A stretch of 64,000 nt of DNA from an uncultured virus (IMG/VR IMGVR_UViG_3300021400_000789) (Duplodnaviria > Heunggongvirae > Uroviricota > Caudoviricetes), in IMG/VR virus record IMGVR_UViG_3300021400_000789. One strand, written 5' to 3'. This document shows, one piece after another, positions 27,004-35,682 of this stretch (position 1 is its first letter; every line of letters starts with the position of its first letter). The notes under the pieces were generated by a model. The model had not been told where the DNA came from. It searched no databases and was given only the letters and a program-made list of their open reading frames with translations. A program made the translations under genes and the position numbers.

Positions 27004-28164
27004 ATGAACGAAACAAAGAACTTTCTTGCCGAGATCAAGGCAAGGTACCCGGACTGCAACATCCTTATCCCGCAGTCCAGTGTCGAACAGGTCAGCCCGT
27101 TCCTGAGCTACAGCATCGCGCAGGTGCAGGCAGACCTTTCGGAAGAGTCCGGAGACGTGTTCAAGGTGGGCTCGACAAAGGTAGGCGACAGTTACGTCGA
27201 CCAGTTTTCACTGTCCAAGCCGCTCCTTAACAAGATGGCGCAGGCCGCCGGCATCGTATTCGATTACAGCACGATGCGCACGCAGTTCAACGCGGACAAC
27301 ACAGTGGTCACCTGCTCCATTGCCGGCTCCATGCGCCGTCCGGACATGACATGGCGTACGGAAGCCGATTCCAAGACGATCTCCGTCAAGGACGAGGAAG
27401 TCAAGTACAGGATGGAAGCGGAAGAGAAAGCCAAGAACGGCATCGCTGATCCGCGGCAGGCGGAAGCCGCTGCGAAGCTCTACGATGGACAGTGGTTCGA
27501 GACCACCAACAGGTACAACCGCAGGGTCAAAGGCTTCATGGTCGCTGAGAAAGACCGGCCGAAGTATATCGACCGCTATGTGAAGACCAATCTCGCCCAA
27601 CTCCGCAAGACCTGGGCGGAGAAAGCAATGACGGGCGCGAAGCTCCGCGTCATCCGCTCACTGCTCGGGACTAAGGGCACATATACGAAGGCAGAGCTTG
27701 AGAAGCCCTTCGTGATCCCGACGGTGGCATTCACGCCCGACTACAGCAATCCGATGGTACAGCAGCTCCTTCTCATGCAGGCGATGGGAGGCGCAAACAG
27801 CCTGTTCGGAATGAACAACATCCAGACCACTGCGGTACCCGCCCCGGAGGCATCAGAGGTCATTGACGAGGGATTCGTCAGCGACCGCACCGAAGAGGAT
27901 GAGGCGCGCGAGGAATACGCCGGAAGCATGGAAGAGTACGAGCCTGAACCGCCGCGCAGGAATCCCGCACCTGCACAGCCGGCACCCGCCGCATACCAGG
28001 CACCGCCGGCACAGCAGTACTACAGCGAGCCCACGCAGGATGAAGGTAACTTCTGCGTGCAGTGCGGGGCGCCGATCACTGGTAAGGTCCGCGAATATTC
28101 GATAAAGAAGTTCGGTGAGGCGCTCTGCTATGAATGCCAGAGGGAAAGGAGGGCACAGCGGTGA
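27004..28164 (+). CDS. Putative recombination-associated protein with C-terminal Zn finger
   Basis: Located before the SbcDC gene; C-terminal CVQC..LCYECQ. Function is inferred from position. Confidence 0.55.
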   Translation: MNETKNFLAEIKARYPDCNILIPQSSVEQVSPFLSYSIAQVQADLSEESGDVFKVGSTKVGDSYVDQFSLSKPLLNKMAQAAGIVFDYSTMRTQFNADNTVVTCSIAGSMRRPDMTWRTEADSKTISVKDEEVKYRMEAEEKAKNGIADPRQAEAAAKLYDGQWFETTNRYNRRVKGFMVAEKDRPKYIDRYVKTNLAQLRKTWAEKAMTGAKLRVIRSLLGTKGTYTKAELEKPFVIPTVAFTPDYSNPMVQQLLLMQAMGGANSLFGMNNIQTTAVPAPEASEVIDEGFVSDRTEEDEAREEYAGSMEEYEPEPPRRNPAPAQPAPAAYQAPPAQQYYSEPTQDEGNFCVQCGAPITGKVREYSIKKFGEALCYECQRERRAQR

Positions 28165-28613
28165 AGATCATCAAGGTGGACACTGACAATAATACCGAAG
28201 TCCTCGATTTCCCGGAAGGCACGATCATGGAAGAGCTTGAAGCCCTGAGAACCATGGTGGGACCGAAATGCAGGCTGGTAGAGCATGTGCGCCCCATGAA
28301 GCTGTACACAGTGTTCGGCGCACCGTCCAGCCCCAACCGGATGAAAAGCTCCGCGGTGTCGATGCTCGTCGACGAGGAAGGCATCCTCAGCGGGCTTCCG
28401 CTGAACCATCTCGGCAGCTGGCTGTACGGCACTGAGAAACACGGACACCCGATCGTGGGGAACATACTTTTCGTCGGAGAATACGACACGGGTGACGGTT
28501 ACAGCTTCTGCGGTCTTTCCGATGAAATGCTGAATAAGCTGCTCCCGCAGATCAAGGGAGTGGCCGACATGATAAATACATTTATTATCTCCGAGGGAGG
28601 TGGAGCGGAATGA
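28161..28613 (+). CDS. Hypothetical protein (DUF3846-like)
   Basis: MLVDEEG..LPLN..PIVGN. Confidence 0.65.
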   Translation: MKIIKVDTDNNTEVLDFPEGTIMEELEALRTMVGPKCRLVEHVRPMKLYTVFGAPSSPNRMKSSAVSMLVDEEGILSGLPLNHLGSWLYGTEKHGHPIVGNILFVGEYDTGDGYSFCGLSDEMLNKLLPQIKGVADMINTFIISEGGGAE

Positions 28614-31600
28614 GAATTTTGCATACGGCCGACTGGCATATCGGCGACTTTAAAGGCCCTGTGAAAGACGGGCGGAACCTTAGATTCGATGATACTGCGG
28701 ACTGCCTTGATGCCCTCTGCAGGAAAGCTGAAGAGATACGGCCGGAACTGGTCCTTATCTCCGGGGACATCTTCCATCAGGAGCAGGTCGGCCCGGTAAG
28801 GTACGGCAAGGAAGTCATCCTTGCGTCAAGGACGATCGGACGGCTGGCGGACGTTTCCGGATGTGTCGTAGCGATGCGCGGCACACCGAACCATGACGGA
28901 CAGAGCCAGTGGGACGTCCTGCAGGAGATCCTCGACGGCTTCGACAACGTGGTGGTGACAACAGAACCGCATATCGTTGAATCGATGTTCGGCACGATCG
29001 TCTGCATCCCCGGATTCAACAAGCAGGATTTCAGGGCGAAATACCCCGGGCTTTCCGCAGACGAGGAAGACCGCACATGGACAGAAGCGATCAAGACGAT
29101 GGTCATCGGGATGAGAGGCATGTGCAAGGCAGGCAAGCCGGCGTTCCTTATGTCCCACTACACCGTTCCTGGCGCTTCTGCAGAAGGATCGCAGGTAGCG
29201 TGCTTCGCGGATTTCGAGCCCTGCATCCCGAAGGAAGCCCTTATCGCAGCGAACTACGACGGCGTGTTCCTCGGGCACCTGCACAGGCCGCAGCAGATCG
29301 AGAACATGAATTCCGGGTTCTATTCCGGAGCAGTCAACGCCCTGCGCTTCTCGGACGAGGGGCAGGAGAGGGGCTTCTGGATCCACACGTACGAAGGAAT
29401 CGAGCGGACAGGAAGCGAATTCGTGGAGACGCCCTACAGGCGCTTCAAGACGATCGAGTGGTCCTTTGAGGATGTCGACAATTACCTGAGCTTCGGCAAG
29501 GCTGCGCTTCTCACCATGGGCCTCGATATCAAGGACTGCATTGTCCGCATCAAGTACAGCTGCACCAGCGAGCAGAAGAAACGCCTCAACGTACCCGTGC
29601 TCCAGACGGAGCTTGAGGAGCTCGGCGCTTTCTATGTCGCATCGATCGAGGCGGAATCCATGATCGAGGTCAACAACCGCAACATCCTCTCCGAGGAAGC
29701 CGACCCGCTCATGTGCCTGAAGGAATGGCTGGAAGAAAAGAACTACAAGGATCCGGATAAGATCGCTGAACTCGCGGAGCCGATTATAGCCGCCGCGAAG
29801 GCATCCAGCACGACCTATTCCATGTCCGGCGTGTTCTCCCCGGTAAGCATCAAAGTACAGAACTACCGCACCTACAAGGAAGCGGAATTCGATTTCGACA
29901 ATGTGACCTTCTGCTCCATCAACGGAGTGAACGGAGCCGGCAAGTCATCGCTCTTCATGGATGCTATCAGCGACTGCCTGTTCGAGATTACAAGGGAAGG
30001 CGATAAGAATTCCTGGCTCCGCGCTACGGACGACACAAGGTCAGGCTCCATCGAGTTCGAATTCGATATCGGGAACCAGCGGTTCCGCGTCACAAGGACG
30101 AGGACGAAATCCGGAAGGGGAACGGTGAACATCTCAGAGCTCGGTGAGAACGGCGAGTGGAACAGCCTCAGCAAGGAGAAGGCCAACGATACGAACAAGG
30201 AGATCGAGAGGATACTCGGCATGGACAGTATGACCTTCCGCTCCTGCGCCCTGATCATGCAGGACCAGTACGGTCTCTTCCTCTCCGCCGGCAAGGATGA
30301 CAGGATCGCGATCCTCGCGAAGCTCCTCGGCCTTGGCATCTACGATGTCATGGAGCTGGACACAAGGAAGCGCCTTGGCGACGCGAAGCGCGAGCTCATG
30401 GCACTCAAGGAAGAGGAACGCATCAAGAAACAGCAGATCGAAGACAAGGGCGACGCTGAAGCGGAACTTGCCGCTGCGAACGCTGTCCTTGTGGATTACC
30501 TGCAGAAGAAGCAGGATGCCGAGGGCCGAAGGACGGAGTTCCTTAAGACGCAGGCTGAATACAATGGCGCTAAGACAGCGCTCGACCGGGCCAGCAGCGA
30601 ATACATGGCATCCTCCAGGAAGCTCAGTTCGAAGCAGTCGGCTTACGACCAGCTGGGTGAGCGTGTGAAGTCGATTGACGAGTCACTTTCCGATGCACCT
30701 TTGATCAAGGAAAGCGCTGGCGAGTACCGCAGGATCGTGAGCGAGATGGAAGCGCTGGCACCGTCTGTAGCGCAGTACGGCGCGCAGAAGAAGCTCCTTG
30801 AAGATACGCAGAACCGGCAGCGCAGTGCCGAGGCCGAGGCATCAAAACAGCGTTCCCGGAAGAACCAGCTGCAGGTATCGCTCGACAACCTCTATACGCC
30901 TCCGGCGGATTATAACGAGCGGATCGCGGAACTTAGTGACCTTGAGAAGGAGCTGGCAGATTTTTCCGAACGTTATAAGCAGGTGACGGCGATCAAGCAG
31001 AGATGGCAGGAAGAGGAACAGGAATTCTCACGCCAGTCGCTTTCCTTCGAAAATGCGATCGGCAACCTCGACCAGCTGATCAGGCGGGCCATGACACAGG
31101 AACAGTACATGAAGGATTCCGGATGTATCGATGCGGAGAATGCGAACTGCAAGTTCCTCGCACAGGCAAAGACGGAGGTCCAGTCGATCCCATCCCTGAT
31201 TGAACGCAAACAGGAACTTGAGAAGGATTACACCGAATGCAAGGCAACGCATGAGGTGAGGGAACAGGACTTCAATTCTGAATGTGAGGCTGTCGGCTAT
31301 GACTATTCTAGGCACAGCGAAGTAGCTGCACGGATCCGTGCGCTGACTTCGTATAAGGACGTAAGCCGGAAGGCTGCACATTCCGAAGTCCAGAGAGCCG
31401 CTATAACGGCTCAGATAGCCGAGGTAGATAAAATTATCGCTGACAGTGATGAAAACGCATCACAGCTCAATTTACGCGCTCAGGAACTAACGCAAATCGT
31501 TACAAACCTCTCGGAATCCGTTTCGAAGCACGAAGAACTGAAGACCCAGGCGAACAGGTTAAAACCGTTCATGGAGAAGGAAGCCGCGCTCCCGGTGCTG

Positions 31601-32428
31601 GAAGAGAGGAAGAGGAATGCTGCCGAGCAGATGGCAGACCTCTCGATCGAGCTTGATGAGTGCCGTGCTGATTCGACCGATAAATACAACGAGTATTACC
31701 GGTGCCTCAAAGCGCTGAACGAGCTCACATCACCGGCTTCACTGATCGCAGCGTGCGACGCTGAGATAAGCAACTACAACGATGTCATCGACAGGACTAA
31801 CCGCGCGAAAGGAGCCATCGAGCAGAGGTTGGAAGACATCCGCCAGCTCAAGGACGAAGTTGAGGAGATCTCCGGAAGCATCGAACTCGTGTCGAAGAAG
31901 ACTTCCAGATATGAGATCCTCAAGACCGCATTCGGGCAGGACGGAGTACCGCACCAGATCATCCGCAACGTCATCCCGTATATCACGGACACGGCCAACA
32001 ACATCCTCGGAAGCATGACCGGCGGGAAGATGGGCGTCGAGTTCGTTCTGGACAAGGTAACGAAGGGCAGGGACGGAGAGAAAGCGACTCTCGACGTACT
32101 GATCAACGAATACGGAAAGACCCGCCTGCCGTACGCATCGAAGTCCGGCGGTGAGAAGGTCAAGGCCTCCCTCGCAGTCATCCTCGCGCTTGCCGAGGTA
32201 AAGACGGGGGCCGCCGGCATCCAGATGGGGATGCTCTTCATCGACGAGGCTCCGTTCCTCGACCAGGACGGCACGGAAGCGTATGTGGACGCTCTGGAAG
32301 CCATTCGCAACAGGTATCCGGACACAAAGATCATGGCGATCACGCACGACGAGAACTTCAAGGCACGTTTCAGCCAGTCCGTCACGGTCATCAAGACGGA
32401 CGACGGGAGCAAGGTCGTTGAGGATTAA
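28610..32428 (+). CDS. Fused SbcD/Mre11 nuclease - SbcC/Rad50 ATPase
   Basis: HTADWHIG, GDIF, NHD and GHLH; Walker A GVNGAGKS, long coiled coil, KSGGE, LFIDE and ITHD. Confidence 0.9.
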   Translation: MRILHTADWHIGDFKGPVKDGRNLRFDDTADCLDALCRKAEEIRPELVLISGDIFHQEQVGPVRYGKEVILASRTIGRLADVSGCVVAMRGTPNHDGQSQWDVLQEILDGFDNVVVTTEPHIVESMFGTIVCIPGFNKQDFRAKYPGLSADEEDRTWTEAIKTMVIGMRGMCKAGKPAFLMSHYTVPGASAEGSQVACFADFEPCIPKEALIAANYDGVFLGHLHRPQQIENMNSGFYSGAVNALRFSDEGQERGFWIHTYEGIERTGSEFVETPYRRFKTIEWSFEDVDNYLSFGKAALLTMGLDIKDCIVRIKYSCTSEQKKRLNVPVLQTELEELGAFYVASIEAESMIEVNNRNILSEEADPLMCLKEWLEEKNYKDPDKIAELAEPIIAAAKASSTTYSMSGVFSPVSIKVQNYRTYKEAEFDFDNVTFCSINGVNGAGKSSLFMDAISDCLFEITREGDKNSWLRATDDTRSGSIEFEFDIGNQRFRVTRTRTKSGRGTVNISELGENGEWNSLSKEKANDTNKEIERILGMDSMTFRSCALIMQDQYGLFLSAGKDDRIAILAKLLGLGIYDVMELDTRKRLGDAKRELMALKEEERIKKQQIEDKGDAEAELAAANAVLVDYLQKKQDAEGRRTEFLKTQAEYNGAKTALDRASSEYMASSRKLSSKQSAYDQLGERVKSIDESLSDAPLIKESAGEYRRIVSEMEALAPSVAQYGAQKKLLEDTQNRQRSAEAEASKQRSRKNQLQVSLDNLYTPPADYNERIAELSDLEKELADFSERYKQVTAIKQRWQEEEQEFSRQSLSFENAIGNLDQLIRRAMTQEQYMKDSGCIDAENANCKFLAQAKTEVQSIPSLIERKQELEKDYTECKATHEVREQDFNSECEAVGYDYSRHSEVAARIRALTSYKDVSRKAAHSEVQRAAITAQIAEVDKIIADSDENASQLNLRAQELTQIVTNLSESVSKHEELKTQANRLKPFMEKEAALPVLEERKRNAAEQMADLSIELDECRADSTDKYNEYYRCLKALNELTSPASLIAACDAEISNYNDVIDRTNRAKGAIEQRLEDIRQLKDEVEEISGSIELVSKKTSRYEILKTAFGQDGVPHQIIRNVIPYITDTANNILGSMTGGKMGVEFVLDKVTKGRDGEKATLDVLINEYGKTRLPYASKSGGEKVKASLAVILALAEVKTGAAGIQMGMLFIDEAPFLDQDGTEAYVDALEAIRNRYPDTKIMAITHDENFKARFSQSVTVIKTDDGSKVVED

Positions 32429-32439
32429 GGAGCGTTGAT

Positions 32440-33306
32440 ATGGCGAAAAAGCGAATGTTCTCAATATACGTCATTGATACGGACGCTTTTCTCGACATGC
32501 CGCTGTCGGCACAGGCCCTCTATTTCCACCTGAATATGAGGGCCGACGACGACGGTTTCATCGGGAATCCGAAGCGGGTGATGCGCCTTATCGGTTCTGC
32601 CGACGATGACCTGAAGCTGCTGATCGCAAAGCGGTTCGTCATACAGTTCGATGATGGCGTGATCGTCATCAAGCACTGGCGGATGCACAACACGATCCGC
32701 TTCGACAGGCACACGCCCACCGTCTACACCGATGAGCTGGCAAGGCTGCAGGTCAAGGAGAACAAGGCGTATACCTTCGCAAATGACGGACATTCTGGCA
32801 ACCAAATGGCAACCAAATGGCAACCGCCGGTTGCCGCAGATATAGATATAGATAAAGGTATAGGTATAGATACAGATATAGACCCAGATGAAGATATAGA
32901 TCTAAAGAAAGATATAGACCTAAATACTAATACTTGTTCAACAAGGAAGGCGGAAGAGACACAGAATGCCAATGAACTGTTCTCTTATCTGTGGGACCTG
33001 TACCCGAAGAAGCGCGGCAAGGGAAGCGTATCTCTCACCCAGAAGAAAAAGCTCCTGAAGATCGGCAAGGAACCGATGGAGCAGGCGATAAGGAATTATA
33101 TGCACGACATTGAGGTCAACGGTACGGACATGAAGTACGTGAAGAACGGTTCCAGTTTCTTCAATTCCGGATATGTCGACTATCTCCCGGAGAATTACGT
33201 TTCCTATCCGACCGCGAGGACCGGAAAGAGGTACCAGTCCACAGCCGAGTACATGGAAGCTACGAAAGGATGGAGCGATGGCATCACAGACGATGACAAT
33301 AGCTGA
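32440..33306 (+). CDS. Replisome organizer / replication initiator
   Basis: MAKKRMFS..FLDMPLSAQALYFHL..ADDDGF; C-terminal WDLYPKKRGK. Confidence 0.85.
   Translation: MAKKRMFSIYVIDTDAFLDMPLSAQALYFHLNMRADDDGFIGNPKRVMRLIGSADDDLKLLIAKRFVIQFDDGVIVIKHWRMHNTIRFDRHTPTVYTDELARLQVKENKAYTFANDGHSGNQMATKWQPPVAADIDIDKGIGIDTDIDPDEDIDLKKDIDLNTNTCSTRKAEETQNANELFSYLWDLYPKKRGKGSVSLTQKKKLLKIGKEPMEQAIRNYMHDIEVNGTDMKYVKNGSSFFNSGYVDYLPENYVSYPTARTGKRYQSTAEYMEATKGWSDGITDDDNS
32796..32920. repeat. Probable replication origin: iterons TGGCAACC x3 (11-bp period) + one inverted copy + GATATA repeats
   Basis: Copies at 32796, 32807 and 32818; inverted copy at 32829; AT-rich hexamer repeats follow. Confidence 0.6.
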
Positions 33307-33832
33307 ATTCGATAATATCCGTGCGGCACTTAAGAGCGCATGGCCGTCAGCGAACATCATGCCCGACAAATTCTCCATAAATCTCTGGTACAAGATGCTG
33401 AAGGACATACCGTACGCCGTCTGCTCCGCAGCCGTAATGGAACTGATGGGGACAGAGAAGTTCGCACCGTCGATCGCGCAGATCCGTGAGAAGAGCCTGA
33501 GCTATCTCGAGGAGCCTGACAAGGAAGCGGGCGAGGCCTGGGAGTTCGTCCGAAAGATGATACGGAAGCACGGCTACCCGGAAGAGGAAGAAGCGCTCGC
33601 GGAGATGGACGAGCTGACCCGGTCGGCTGTCCGCTCCGTAGGGTATCTCGATATCTGCAGGTCTGAGAATATCATGGTGGAGCGCGCGCACTTCCTGAGG
33701 ATATACGACACGCTGAGGACCAGGAGAAAGGTCGACAGGAGCCTGCCTCCCGCAGTGCTGGCAAACAGGCAGAGGATACTGGCTCGGATAAAGACAGAGA
33801 ACGAAAGCGCGCCAAAGCTGGAAAAGGGGTGA
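33278..33832 (+). CDS. Replicative helicase loader/inhibitor (G39P-like)
   Basis: LWYKMLKDIPY..KFAPSIAQIR; follows the initiator. Confidence 0.7.
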   Translation: MASQTMTIAEFDNIRAALKSAWPSANIMPDKFSINLWYKMLKDIPYAVCSAAVMELMGTEKFAPSIAQIREKSLSYLEEPDKEAGEAWEFVRKMIRKHGYPEEEEALAEMDELTRSAVRSVGYLDICRSENIMVERAHFLRIYDTLRTRRKVDRSLPPAVLANRQRILARIKTENESAPKLEKG

Positions 33833-33836
33833 TGCC

Positions 33837-34703
33837 ATGGCCAAGAAAGAAAATGCTATCGACCTGAATAACACGGAAAAGGAATTTATGAACCGCTTCC
33901 AGAAGCTGTGCCACACACGCCAGAGCTGGGAAGTGTGGGCCGACATGGTGAACATGTTCGCCCGGTCATATTCGAACTTCCCGGAAAGCGTCGCGGTGGC
34001 GGATTCGGAACAGCGGTCCGAGAGGTGGAAGAAGCGGGAGAAGGAATACCTGCATCTTATCGGCAAGTACCCGAAGGACGATCAGAAGCTGTTCCCGGAG
34101 ATGCACGCACTCATGGTCACGGAGCTGGAACGCAGGAGAGGGGATTTTCTCGGGGACATGTACATGAAGCTGAACCTCGGGAGCCACTGGCACGGACAGT
34201 TCTTCACACCGCAGAGCGTTGCGTCGCTCATGGCGGAGATCACAGTGCCGAAGGACAGCGTAAAGGCAGAGATAGAAGAGAAAGGCTTCATTTCCATCTG
34301 CGACCCTGCATGCGGCGCGGGAGTCAATCTTCTGGCTGCGGTCCACAGCATGTCGATGGCCGGCATCAACTTCCAGGAGCGGGCAATGTTCGCCGGACAG
34401 GACATCGACAGCATCGCCGGGCTGATGTGCTACGTGCAGCTGTGCGCGTTCGGATGCGCCGGGTATGTCTGCATAGCGGACACGCTTGTGAACCCTATGA
34501 CGGGAAACGATCCTCTGCTGGTGGCCGAGAAGCCTGATCAGGACTGGTGGTACACGCCGGCATGGTTCACGCCTATATGGGCAGGAAGGAGAACGGCACA
34601 CCAGATGGACCTCGTCATACGGAGGACTGGCAGAAAACGCGGAACCGTCCCCGGGAGTACGTTCACGTTCAACTTCCAGAATGGGGCGGTCAGCTATGGA
34701 TAA
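33837..34703 (+). CDS. N6-adenine methyltransferase-like protein lacking motif IV
   Basis: DFLGDMYM, GQFFTP, DPACGAG and GQDID; no NPPY/F. Confidence 0.75.
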   Translation: MAKKENAIDLNNTEKEFMNRFQKLCHTRQSWEVWADMVNMFARSYSNFPESVAVADSEQRSERWKKREKEYLHLIGKYPKDDQKLFPEMHALMVTELERRRGDFLGDMYMKLNLGSHWHGQFFTPQSVASLMAEITVPKDSVKAEIEEKGFISICDPACGAGVNLLAAVHSMSMAGINFQERAMFAGQDIDSIAGLMCYVQLCAFGCAGYVCIADTLVNPMTGNDPLLVAEKPDQDWWYTPAWFTPIWAGRRTAHQMDLVIRRTGRKRGTVPGSTFTFNFQNGAVSYG

Positions 34704-34986
34704 CACGCTGCTCGACCGTGTCTATTACGGGGTACGCGCCGTGCATTACATGCAGGGCAAGCAGTACAGGGTCAGGTATATGCGCGCCAGGGATGGGAAG
34801 TTCATAGGCGACATGCCGATACAGGGGCTGGGACAGCCGTGGACAGAAGAAACGCTCAGGTTCTCCGTGACCAGACTGTTCGCAGACCACTGGGAATACA
34901 AGCGCAGGCGAAAGAAGGAGGAACATGGAGAAATGCTGCACGAGTTCTTCTTTGATTTTGAGAAAGGAGTCATCAAATATGGCTGA
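34696..34986 (+). CDS. Hypothetical protein
   Basis: Overlaps both neighbours. Confidence 0.6.
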   Translation: MDNTLLDRVYYGVRAVHYMQGKQYRVRYMRARDGKFIGDMPIQGLGQPWTEETLRFSVTRLFADHWEYKRRRKKEEHGEMLHEFFFDFEKGVIKYG

Positions 34987-35668
34987 GATTACAGCAATCG
35001 CACCGAACCCGGAAGGGGAGATGGTCGTTGTCAATGTGGCGGAGCAGGCGGTAGGGAAGCTCGAGAAAGAGCTGAAAGCCAACAAGGAACCGTACGCCCA
35101 GGCGATCATCAATTACCTGATCGGCAGGGTAAAGGAGAGCAACAGCCTCGCAACGGATGTCCTTCAGCCGCACAAGACATGGGATCGCTGCTGGAAGTAC
35201 ATCTATTCTAAGGCAAGCAAAGCGCCGAGGAAAGGCAACTGCGCAGCGATCGAGGACAGAGTAGTCTTCGAATGGGCTGAGGATTACTACATCAAAGACG
35301 ACAAGGCAGAGGCGGAGAAGGAAGCCGCCGACGCTGCAAAGGCAAAGAACAAGACGGATAAGAAGGCTTCGAAGCCTTCCGGAACGGATAAAAAGAAAGC
35401 GGGAAAGACCGTCAAGGCAAAGGAAGTAAAAGCCGAGCCGGATCCCGTCCCGCCAGAGACTGATGACAGCGCTGAACCGGATGAAGCGAAACCGGTGAAG
35501 GCTGAAAAGCCGAAAAAGGCAGCCAAAGCCGAAAAGAAGGAAAAGGCGCCAAAGGCTCCCGACAGGGATGCCCCGGACAAGAAGGAGAACAAGGAGAAGA
35601 AGAAGCCGAAGAAGGATAAGCAGATCGAAGGCCAGATGTCTCTCGAGGACCTGTTCGGAGGTTTCTGA
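34979..35668 (+). CDS. PcfK-like protein (family that includes AcrIIA9)
   Basis: KTWDRCWKYI..A..CAAIEDRVVFEWAEDYY, K-rich tail and EGQMSL; directly upstream of PcfJ. Confidence 0.65.
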   Translation: MAEITAIAPNPEGEMVVVNVAEQAVGKLEKELKANKEPYAQAIINYLIGRVKESNSLATDVLQPHKTWDRCWKYIYSKASKAPRKGNCAAIEDRVVFEWAEDYYIKDDKAEAEKEAADAAKAKNKTDKKASKPSGTDKKKAGKTVKAKEVKAEPDPVPPETDDSAEPDEAKPVKAEKPKKAAKAEKKEKAPKAPDRDAPDKKENKEKKKPKKDKQIEGQMSLEDLFGGF

Positions 35669-35682
35669 AAGGGGGAGCTGGC

